Below are positions 56,684 to 64,000 of a stretch of 64,000 nucleotides of DNA, piece by piece. How positions within the stretch are numbered: the first letter of the stretch is position 1; every line of letters begins with the position of its first letter. The stretch lies in NCBI GenBank assembly GCA_944358415.1, contig CALVRA010000002.1, forward strand, positions 25,769 to 89,768. Reading direction: 5' to 3'. A model generated the notes under the pieces. The model saw only the letters and a list, made by a program, of their open reading frames with translations. It made no database searches and had not been told where the DNA came from. Origin of the DNA: an uncultured Bacilli bacterium (GTDB taxonomy: Bacteria; Bacillota_I; Bacilli_A; RF39; UBA660). A program made the translations under genes and the position numbers.

Positions 56684-56803
56684 TTTATGATATTGAAAAT
56701 AAAAAAATGTAGTTGTATATTGTACCTAATTAATGTTTGAAAAATAATTAAATGTACTTTAAAATGTTTTAATTTCTTTGTATAATTATAGTTGGTGGTA
56801 GCT

Positions 56804-57802
56804 ATGAAAAAAAAGAAAATTAGAAAGGGTTTGTTATTTATTATTTTGATTATACTAATTGGAACATTTTATTTTATCTTTTTTGATGAGGATAATGTAT
56901 TAACTAATAAAATTGGTGATAGTGTTGATGTGGCTTTAAAAAATATTACAAAAAGTACAGATGCATATAAGAAATGTATGAAAGGTATTTTAAAAGAAGA
57001 AGATTTTAGTGATAATTTAAAGAATAAGAAGAATGAGATAATTAGTTTATATAATGGGGTTAATGCGAATTTTATGTATACTGATTTGGAAAGTGATTAT
57101 AGTTTTGGTGAGGGTATAGATGATGAGTTATATGCGGCTTCAGTTACTAAATTACCAGCTGTTTTATATACTTATAGACTTGCGGATGAGGGAAATATTA
57201 ATTTGAATAAGGAGCTTACTTATTTGGCATCTTATAAAACTGGAGGCAGTGGAATTATACAAAATGATAGCATAGGAACTAAGTATAAGTTAAGTACTAT
57301 TTTAGAGTATACGATTAAATATAGTGATAATATAGGCTATGCGATGCTTTTAGATGAGCTTGGTGGAAGAAATAAAGTTAAAGAATATTGGTCTAGTTTA
57401 GGTTATAATATAAAGTATACAGATAATTTTGGTAATTTATCGCCAAGTCTTGGTAATGGGTATATTAAAGAGGTTTATAAGTATTATTTGACAGGAAAGG
57501 AAAATGCGAAGAAGCTTATAAATGATATGAAAGTATCTGATAATTTAGAGTATGTTAAAAGTGGTGATATTGAGGTAGCTCATAAGTATGGTGAGTATGT
57601 GGAAGGTGGAGGATATTATAATGATGTTAGTTTAAATTTTACTGAACATCCTTTTGCTTTGTCTATTACTAGTACTTTGGGTCTTACTGATAAGATGAAA
57701 AATTTATTTTTAGAAACACATAGGCTTTCTATAGAGTTTAATAATTTGTATTATCAGGAAAAAGAAAATTATTGTGTAGAAAAATCACATGTTTTAGGAT
57801 AA
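56804..57802 (+). CDS. membrane-anchored class A beta-lactamase-like / serine hydrolase family protein
   Basis: N-terminal TM helix. SxxK (AASVTKLPA) and SDN (YSDNIGY) motifs. tataat at 56782-87 just upstream. Confidence 0.5.
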   Translation: MKKKKIRKGLLFIILIILIGTFYFIFFDEDNVLTNKIGDSVDVALKNITKSTDAYKKCMKGILKEEDFSDNLKNKKNEIISLYNGVNANFMYTDLESDYSFGEGIDDELYAASVTKLPAVLYTYRLADEGNINLNKELTYLASYKTGGSGIIQNDSIGTKYKLSTILEYTIKYSDNIGYAMLLDELGGRNKVKEYWSSLGYNIKYTDNFGNLSPSLGNGYIKEVYKYYLTGKENAKKLINDMKVSDNLEYVKSGDIEVAHKYGEYVEGGGYYNDVSLNFTEHPFALSITSTLGLTDKMKNLFLETHRLSIEFNNLYYQEKENYCVEKSHVLG

Positions 57803-57838
57803 GAATACTAAAAAGATAGTATTTTTTCAATTGGGGGG

Positions 57839-59992
57839 GTGAAGTTTGTGTATGCGGATATTTTAGTAGAGGTTGTAACAAAAAGTACAGATAAGACTTT
57901 TACTTATAAAATTCCTGATGGTATGAATGCTTTAGTAGGTATGAGAGCTTTAGTTCCTTTTGGTAAAAGAAATCTTTTAGGTTTTATTGTGAAAATATAT
58001 GATAAAAAAGATTTTGATTATGAAGTAAAAGATATTATAGAAGTAATTGATGAATATCCTGTTTTAAATGAAGAGATGCTTGAACTTGGTAAATATATTA
58101 GTAAAAAAACTTTATCGCCTTTAACGATGGCATATCAAACGATGCTTCCTAGAGCTTTAAAAGCTAAGGAAAAAAATAGAATTAAGAAAAAAATGGTTAA
58201 GTATGTAAGGGTTTTAGAAACTAAGGAAGTTACTAGTTTAAAACAAAAAGATATTTTGGCATTGGTTTTAAAAAATGGTGAGGTGCCTAAAAGTGAAGTT
58301 AATAATATTTCTTCATCTGCTTTAAAAACACTTATTAAAAATGGTGTTTTAGAAGAGATAGAAAAAGAAGTTTATAGGTTAGATGATGATGTTATTTTAG
58401 AAAATAAAGAGTATGAACTTACATTTGAACAAAAAGAGGTTTTGAAAAAAATTAAGTTCAATTTATTTAAACCTTATTTATTGCATGGAGTGACAGGTAG
58501 TGGTAAAACTTTAGTTTATATTAAGTTAATTGAAAAGGTATTAAAACAAGGTAAGGAAGCTATTTTACTTGTCCCAGAGATTAGTTTAACACCACAAGTT
58601 GTGGATATTTTTAGAAAAAGTTTTGGTAAGGTCGTGGCTATTTTACACAGTGGTTTAAGTAATGGTGAAAAGTATGATGAGTGGAGGAAAATTGAAAGAA
58701 AAGAGGTTTCTATTGTTATAGGAGCAAGAAGTGCGATATTCGCACCATTTACTAATTTGGGAATCATTATTATTGATGAGGAACATTCTAGTACTTATAA
58801 ACAGGAAAATGTTCCTAGATATAATGCGATAGATATTGCATTAAAAAGAGGTAAAACTTATGAGATTCCAGTTGTTTTGGGTAGTGCGACACCTAGTATA
58901 GAAAGTTATACAAGAAGTAAAATGGGAATTTATGAGTTATTAGTTATGAAAAATAGAGTTAATAAAAGTTTACCTAAAGTATATTTAGTGGATATGAAAG
59001 ATGAGTTTAAAAAAGGTAATAGAGTTTTTTCAGAAATTTTTAAAGAAAAGGTTAATGATAGATTAAACAAAGGTGAACAAATTTTAGTTTTACTTAATAG
59101 AAGAGGTTATTCAACAGTAATTACTTGTCCAGAATGTGGTTTTACACATAAGTGTCCAAATTGTGATATTCCACTTATTTATCATAAAAAAGAAAATATG
59201 ATGAATTGTCATTATTGTAATTATAAAGTTCCAAGGTTAATTGAATGTCCAAATTGTCACAGTAAGAATATTAGTGCTTTGGGAATGGGAACTGAAAGGT
59301 TAGAGCGTTTAATTAAGGAAGAGTTTGATGGAGCGAATGTTGTTAGAATGGATCAAGATACAACGAGAGTAAAAGGAGCTCATAAAAAAATTATAGATGA
59401 TTTTAAGTCTGGAAAATACAATGTTTTAGTGGGAACACAAATGATTGCGAAGGGGCTTGATTTTCCTTTAGTTACTTTAGTTTGTGTAATCAATGGTGAT
59501 GCTTCTTTAAATGTTCCTGATTTTCGAAGCAGTGAAAGAACTTTTGAACTGTTAAATCAGGTAGCTGGTAGAGCTGGTAGGGATAAGTTACCTGGTGAGG
59601 TAATTATTCAAGGTTTTAATGTTAGTCATTACAGCATACAGTGTGCGATGAGAAATGATTATGAAGAATTTTATGATGAAGAGATGAGGATAAGAAAGGT
59701 TTTAAAATACCCACCTTTTTATAATCTTTGTTTGATTAAGGTAAGTGGCAAAATATATGATGAAGTATTTGATGAGGCTAAAAAAATAGCTAGTTATTTG
59801 AAAAATAATTTAGAGGATATTATTTTGGGACCTTCTTCTTCTAGTATGCCAAAGGTAAATAATATTTACTATGTCCAAATTATTATAAAGTTTAAGAATA
59901 CAAAGAATATTTTGGGTAGTTTAGAATTTATTAAAAATCATTATAAAAATAAGATAAATGTGGATATTGATTTAAATCCTTTTAGGATTTAA
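57839..59992 (+). CDS. priA: primosomal protein N' (replication restart helicase PriA)
   Basis: Walker A LHGVTGSGKT. DExH IIIDEEH. Cys4 zinc-binding region (CPECG…CPNCD…CHYCN…CPNC). 717 aa. Confidence 0.9.
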   Translation: MKFVYADILVEVVTKSTDKTFTYKIPDGMNALVGMRALVPFGKRNLLGFIVKIYDKKDFDYEVKDIIEVIDEYPVLNEEMLELGKYISKKTLSPLTMAYQTMLPRALKAKEKNRIKKKMVKYVRVLETKEVTSLKQKDILALVLKNGEVPKSEVNNISSSALKTLIKNGVLEEIEKEVYRLDDDVILENKEYELTFEQKEVLKKIKFNLFKPYLLHGVTGSGKTLVYIKLIEKVLKQGKEAILLVPEISLTPQVVDIFRKSFGKVVAILHSGLSNGEKYDEWRKIERKEVSIVIGARSAIFAPFTNLGIIIIDEEHSSTYKQENVPRYNAIDIALKRGKTYEIPVVLGSATPSIESYTRSKMGIYELLVMKNRVNKSLPKVYLVDMKDEFKKGNRVFSEIFKEKVNDRLNKGEQILVLLNRRGYSTVITCPECGFTHKCPNCDIPLIYHKKENMMNCHYCNYKVPRLIECPNCHSKNISALGMGTERLERLIKEEFDGANVVRMDQDTTRVKGAHKKIIDDFKSGKYNVLVGTQMIAKGLDFPLVTLVCVINGDASLNVPDFRSSERTFELLNQVAGRAGRDKLPGEVIIQGFNVSHYSIQCAMRNDYEEFYDEEMRIRKVLKYPPFYNLCLIKVSGKIYDEVFDEAKKIASYLKNNLEDIILGPSSSSMPKVNNIYYVQIIIKFKNTKNILGSLEFIKNHYKNKINVDIDLNPFRI

Positions 59993-60048
59993 AAAAGGTT
60001 ATTTGTATTTGTTTTAAAATGTGGTAAAATTATTATTAAGGTGATGAT

Positions 60049-61008
60049 ATGGATTTTGATAAGATTGAGATAAAAAAAGACCCAGTAATTATTTTTATGG
60101 GAACACCTGATTTTAGTGTCCCTGTTTTAGAGGGGCTTATTAGTAAATATAAGGTTAGGGCGATAGTTACGCAGCCTGATAGGCCAGTTGGAAGACATGG
60201 TGAGATTAAATATTCACCAGTTAAAGAGATAGCTTTAAAACATAATATTTTGTGCTTGCAACCAAATAAGATTAAAGAGGCTTTACAAGAGATTAATGTA
60301 TTAGAGCCTGATTTAATTATTACGTGTGCTTATGGACAGATACTTCCTTTGGAACTTCTTTTGATGCCAAAAATAGCTTGTATTAATGTTCATGCATCAC
60401 TTCTTCCAAAGCTTCGTGGAGGAGCTCCTATCCATCATGCAATTATTGATGGTTATAATAAAACAGGTATAACTATTATGTATATGGCTGAGGGTATGGA
60501 TAGTGGTGATATCATTAGTCAAAGGGAAACGGAAATTTCTGATGATGATACGGCTTCTAGTTTACATGATAGGCTTTCTATTATGGGACGTGATTTATTA
60601 CTTGATACTTTACCTAGTATATTAGATGGAACTAATAAAAGGATAGTTCAAGATGAGTCAGAGGTTACTTATGGTTTTAATATAAGTAGAAAAGATGAAA
60701 AGATAGATTTTAATAAGACTAAGAGAAAAATTGTTAATCAAGTTAGAGGATTAAATTCTTGGCCAGGGGCTTACTGCATTTTTGATAATAAGATTATGAA
60801 AGTATGGTCTTGTTATAGGTCTGATGAGATTTATGATAGGGCTTTACCTGGTGAGATAACGAAGATTTATCCAGATGGTTTTGGTGTGAAATGTGGCAAT
60901 GGTGAAGTGGTGTTTACGGAAATTCAACTTGAGGGAAAGAAAAAAATGAAGGCAATAGATTTTGTTAATGGTTATCATGATAAGTTAGTGGGAAAAGTTT
61001 TGAAGTAA
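60049..61008 (+). CDS. fmt: methionyl-tRNA formyltransferase
   Basis: …IIFMGTPDFSVPVLE…. Formyltransferase motif …NVHASLLPKLRGGAPIHHAI…. Position after priA, a commonly conserved arrangement. Confidence 0.9.
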   Translation: MDFDKIEIKKDPVIIFMGTPDFSVPVLEGLISKYKVRAIVTQPDRPVGRHGEIKYSPVKEIALKHNILCLQPNKIKEALQEINVLEPDLIITCAYGQILPLELLLMPKIACINVHASLLPKLRGGAPIHHAIIDGYNKTGITIMYMAEGMDSGDIISQRETEISDDDTASSLHDRLSIMGRDLLLDTLPSILDGTNKRIVQDESEVTYGFNISRKDEKIDFNKTKRKIVNQVRGLNSWPGAYCIFDNKIMKVWSCYRSDEIYDRALPGEITKIYPDGFGVKCGNGEVVFTEIQLEGKKKMKAIDFVNGYHDKLVGKVLK

Positions 61009-61009
61009 A

Positions 61010-61672
61010 ATGTTTAGAAAAATAAAAGAGAATCCTTATTATAAAAAATTTAAGGAAATGCGGGCTGACCCTAAGCTTAGACCAATTACATCACTTATTT
61101 TTTGGTTAGTGTTTATGGTTTTATTAATCATATTTGTTAGAGTGACTTCTAGTTCTGTTCCAAGAAGTACGTCTACAGAGGTAAAGCAAAATTTGTCTAG
61201 TTATGAATTTACGTATACTAATAATAGTGGAGTTATTTTTGGTAAAGCTGATAATGATAAATTAGAGTTTATTTTGGGAAATAACAGATATTACTATGAC
61301 GGTGAGAATGTTTATTTGATCAATGGAAGAAGTGCGAAGGTGATTTCTAATTTTGATTTAAATGTTTTAAAGATAACGCCAAAGTTTATAGAAAATTTAA
61401 TTAGTAATTTAACTTATAATACTGATGGAGAAGCTAAGCAATATGCAGTACCACTTTCAAGATTCATAAATTTATATGAATTTGATGTAGAGGTAAATAG
61501 TAGTAAAGCTGACAATTACAATGTTTTGGTAAATGTTTATGAAAAAGATAATGAGATTTATATGTATAAGTTAGATTTAAGTAATTATTATAAGTTTCGC
61601 TCTTTGAATGATAGTGGAATTTTGACGATTGATATTTATGATGATTTAGATGAAGTAATAGGAGGGGTATAA
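61010..61672 (+). CDS. hypothetical N-terminally membrane-anchored protein
   Basis: 220 aa. TM helix at residues ~25-45. No recognised motifs. Confidence 0.3.
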   Translation: MFRKIKENPYYKKFKEMRADPKLRPITSLIFWLVFMVLLIIFVRVTSSSVPRSTSTEVKQNLSSYEFTYTNNSGVIFGKADNDKLEFILGNNRYYYDGENVYLINGRSAKVISNFDLNVLKITPKFIENLISNLTYNTDGEAKQYAVPLSRFINLYEFDVEVNSSKADNYNVLVNVYEKDNEIYMYKLDLSNYYKFRSLNDSGILTIDIYDDLDEVIGGV

Positions 61673-61980
61673 TGTCAATTTCAGTTATTGTATTAATTAT
61701 TTTACTTGTATTAATTATAGTATTTTTTAGAGATTTTAATGCTTTTATATATTCGTTTGTAATGATTGATATATTTTTACGTATAGTTACATATTTAAAA
61801 ACATATTTACTTAAGGATAATGCTTTTGGATTTTTTGATTTTATTCCAGAGAGTATACCGGCTATTTTAAAATCGTTTGATTTAGGTAGTATGAATGATA
61901 TTGTTATGTTTTTATACGTGCTTGTGTATATGGTTTTCTTAGGTTTAATGTTTTCGAAGTTCGTCAACCGGAAGTTTTAA
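61672..61980 (+). CDS. hypothetical small membrane protein (3 TM)
   Basis: 102 aa. Start overlaps the upstream stop (TAATG). Confidence 0.3.
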   Translation: MSISVIVLIILLVLIIVFFRDFNAFIYSFVMIDIFLRIVTYLKTYLLKDNAFGFFDFIPESIPAILKSFDLGSMNDIVMFLYVLVYMVFLGLMFSKFVNRKF

Positions 61981-62030
61981 TTCGGCTGGCTTTTTCTTTA
62001 AAAAAAATGTATAATTAAATAGGTGGTTTT

Positions 62031-62582
62031 ATGTATGCATATATAAAAGGATATGTTAAGGATATAGAAAGTGATTATATAGTTTTAGACAATAATGGAA
62101 TTGGTTATTTGATTTATACGGCAAGTCCTTATTCTTTTGATATGGATAAAGAATATACTGTTTATTTATATCAGTATGTTAGAGAGGATGAAATTACTTT
62201 ATATGGGTTTAAAACGATAGATGAGAAAAAGTTATTTTTGAAACTTATTTCGGTTAAGGGTGTGGGGTGCAAGATGGCTTTACCGATGTTGGCAACTGGT
62301 TCACCTTCAGGAATAATTGACGCGATAGAAAGAGAAAATATTTTATATTTAAAAAAGTTCCCTAAGATTGGTGATAAGGTAGCTAGACAAATTATTTTGG
62401 ATTTGAAAGGTAAGCTTGCGAAAAGTGATGATAGTAGTAATTTAGTTAATGATGAACTTATAGAAGCTTTGAAGAGTTTAGGTTATAAAAATAGTGATAT
62501 TAATAAAGTTATTAAGAATGTTGACAGTTCTTTAGATATTGAAGTGCAGATAAAAGAGGCATTGAAACTTCTTTTGAAATGA
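62031..62582 (+). CDS. ruvA: Holliday junction DNA helicase RuvA
   Basis: MYAYIKGYV…LDNNGIGYLIY… N-terminal OB domain. …LISVKGVGCKMAL… HhH motifs. 183 aa. Confidence 0.85.
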   Translation: MYAYIKGYVKDIESDYIVLDNNGIGYLIYTASPYSFDMDKEYTVYLYQYVREDEITLYGFKTIDEKKLFLKLISVKGVGCKMALPMLATGSPSGIIDAIERENILYLKKFPKIGDKVARQIILDLKGKLAKSDDSSNLVNDELIEALKSLGYKNSDINKVIKNVDSSLDIEVQIKEALKLLLK

Positions 62583-62592
62583 GGTGAGATGA

Positions 62593-63594
62593 TTGGGAAG
62601 ATTAGTTAGTGGAGAAGAGATGGCGGAAGATAATTTTGAAACGTCTATTAGACCAGATAGTATTGATGAGTATATTGGACAAGCTGAATTAAAAGAAAAT
62701 TTGAATATATTTATGAAGGCGGCTAAGATGCGTGGAGAGGCTTTAGACCATGTTTTATTATATGGTCCTCCAGGGCTTGGTAAGACGACTATGGCTTATA
62801 TTATAGCGAATGAAATGGATGGAAATATAAAGACAACTAGTGGTCCAGCAATTGAAAAAAGTGGCGATTTGGCAGCTGTACTTTCTACTTTGGAGCCTGG
62901 GGATATTCTTTTTATTGATGAAATTCATAGAATTCCTAGGTTTATTGAGGAAATTTTATATTCAGCAATGGAGGATTTTAAACTTGATATAATAGTTGGA
63001 ACAGATGCTTCTAGTCGAAATATTACGATTGATTTACCTCCATTTACACTAGTTGGGGCAACTACTAGGGCAGGAGATTTGACTGGGCCTTTACGTGATA
63101 GGTTTGGTATTGTATCTAAGCTTAATTTTTATACAGAAGATGAACTTAAACAAATTGTACTTAGGACAAGTAGAGTTTTAAAATCGTCTATTTCTGAGGA
63201 GGCAGCAATGGAACTTGCGAAAAGAAGTAGAGGAACACCAAGAATAGCAAATAGACTTTTTAAAAGAGTTCGTGATTATGCTTTAGTTATGGGCGATGGC
63301 AATATTGATTTATCTATTACTAAGCTTGCTTTAGATAAACTTAAGGTAGATGCTTTCGGCTTAGATGCGACAGATTATAATTTACTTAGTTCAATTATTG
63401 AAAAATTTAATGGTGGTCCAGTTGGAATCGATGCTTTGGCATCTAGTATTGGTGAAGAGGCATCAACGATTGAAGATGTGTATGAACCTTATTTGCTTCA
63501 AAACGGTTTTCTTAAAAGAACAAGTAGAGGAAGAATGGTTACTGAAAAAGCTTATAAGTATTTGAAAAAAGGGGAACAAGATACTTTATTTTAG
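62593..63594 (+). CDS. ruvB: Holliday junction DNA helicase RuvB
   Basis: Walker [10 protein letters not shown]. Walker [10 protein letters not shown]. Sensor …LVGATTR…. 333 aa. Confidence 0.9.
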   Translation: MGRLVSGEEMAEDNFETSIRPDSIDEYIGQAELKENLNIFMKAAKMRGEALDHVLLYGPPGLGKTTMAYIIANEMDGNIKTTSGPAIEKSGDLAAVLSTLEPGDILFIDEIHRIPRFIEEILYSAMEDFKLDIIVGTDASSRNITIDLPPFTLVGATTRAGDLTGPLRDRFGIVSKLNFYTEDELKQIVLRTSRVLKSSISEEAAMELAKRSRGTPRIANRLFKRVRDYALVMGDGNIDLSITKLALDKLKVDAFGLDATDYNLLSSIIEKFNGGPVGIDALASSIGEEASTIEDVYEPYLLQNGFLKRTSRGRMVTEKAYKYLKKGEQDTLF

Positions 63595-63605
63595 GAAGTG
63601 ATGAT

Positions 63606-64000
63606 ATGAAAACTGATGATTTTGATTTTTATTTACCTTTAGAGTTAATCGCACAAACACCTTTAGAGAAACGTGATACATCACGTCTTTTAGTTTTAGA
63701 TAGGAAAACAGGTGATATTAATCATAGACATTTTACAGATATTATAGATTATTTAAATGAAGGTGATAGTTTAGTTTTAAATGATACTAAGGTTATGCCA
63801 GCTAGACTTTATGGAGTTAAAGAGGAAACTGGGGCAGTAGTTGAGGTATTACTTTTAAAAGATAATGGTGATAATGTTTGGGAATGTTTGACTAAACCAG
63901 CAAAGAGGATAAAAGAGGGAACGGTTATTTCTTTTGGTGATGGTAAATTAAAAGCAAGATGTGTGAAGGTTTTAGACGAGGGAATTAGATATTTTAAGCT
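63606..64000 (+). CDS. queA: S-adenosylmethionine:tRNA ribosyltransferase-isomerase QueA, 5' part (runs past the window end)
   Basis: [36 protein letters not shown]…[16 protein letters not shown] is the canonical QueA N-terminus. Follows ruvB, as in many Firmicutes. Confidence 0.85.
   Translation, partial: MKTDDFDFYLPLELIAQTPLEKRDTSRLLVLDRKTGDINHRHFTDIIDYLNEGDSLVLNDTKVMPARLYGVKEETGAVVEVLLLKDNGDNVWECLTKPAKRIKEGTVISFGDGKLKARCVKVLDEGIRYFK

Noticed and set aside
58516-58767. 83-aa minus-strand ORF inside priA
   Set aside because: Antisense to the PriA helicase core.
61464-61967. 167-aa minus-strand ORF across two small membrane-protein genes
   Set aside because: Antisense, AT-rich low-complexity translation. 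The plus-strand ORFs have TM-helix signatures and TAATG coupling.
1-64000. CRISPR arrays, rRNA or tRNA genes, prophage structural genes
   Set aside because: No regularly spaced direct repeats. No rRNA-like or cloverleaf segments other than the tmRNA tRNA-like domain. No capsid, terminase or portal-like ORFs.
1-64000. A DGR variable repeat (VR) matching 54400-54505 elsewhere in the window
   Set aside because: I scanned locally GC-rich patches (15890, 16790, 37150, 11700, 4600-4900, 61960) and gene 3' ends; none resembles the AAC-rich segment with A-to-N substitutions. A VR in the window is unlikely but cannot be excluded without an alignment search.

Overview
AT-rich (~28-30% GC) chromosomal segment that uses the standard genetic code, most consistent with a spore-forming low-GC Firmicute. 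The tmRNA tag ends in ...AFA, the sporulation genes dacB-spmAB and a gerA-type operon are present, and the rimP-nusA-ylxR-infB-rbfA cluster lacks ylxQ; together these suggest Erysipelotrichia or 'Clostridium' cluster XVIII, but the taxon call is inference.

Layout, left to right:
(1) 1-15.2 kb: the transfer module of a Gram-positive ICE or conjugative-plasmid-type type IV secretion system (T4SS). It has VirB2-like pilin paralogs, a VirB6-like membrane protein, a VirB3/TcpE-like protein, a VirB4 ATPase split across two frames, NlpC/P60 and SpoIID-like cell-wall hydrolases, and a VirD4-type coupling protein. A 1.1-kb IS flanked by a 25-bp direct repeat sits inside it. No relaxase or integrase is in the window.
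(2) 15.2-22 kb: rhodanese, two tandem DUF1016/PD-(D/E)XK paralogs, rmuC, RNase R, smpB and tmRNA (ssrA).
(3) 22-24.6 kb: a small accessory islet with a DinJ-YafQ toxin-antitoxin pair.
(4) 24.8-33.3 kb: sporulation and germination genes (dacB-spmA-spmB, gerA-type A/C/B operon), rluB, a ferredoxin and an EEP nuclease.
(5) 33.4-44 kb: an accessory block bracketed by two paralogous HExxH membrane proteins. It holds rlmD, a tnpB-only IS605-family element with its omega-RNA region, a DUF4143 ATPase, a GNAT, an ADP-ribosylglycohydrolase fused to an alpha/beta-hydrolase, an ASCH protein and a 5-repeat protein.
(6) 44.2-53.7 kb: core translation genes (rimP short form, nusA, ylxR, infB, rbfA, infC-rpmI-rplT with a consensus promoter, mraY, tig).
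(7) 53.8-56.7 kb: the most interesting locus. A second, truncated tnpB copy is followed by an AAC-codon-rich GC-rich segment (candidate DGR template repeat), a stand-alone MutS-domain-I-like protein, an Avd-like protein and a diversity-generating-retroelement-type reverse transcriptase. No variable-repeat target was found in the window.
(8) 56.8-64 kb: a beta-lactamase-like hydrolase, priA, fmt, two small membrane proteins, ruvA, ruvB and queA (partial).
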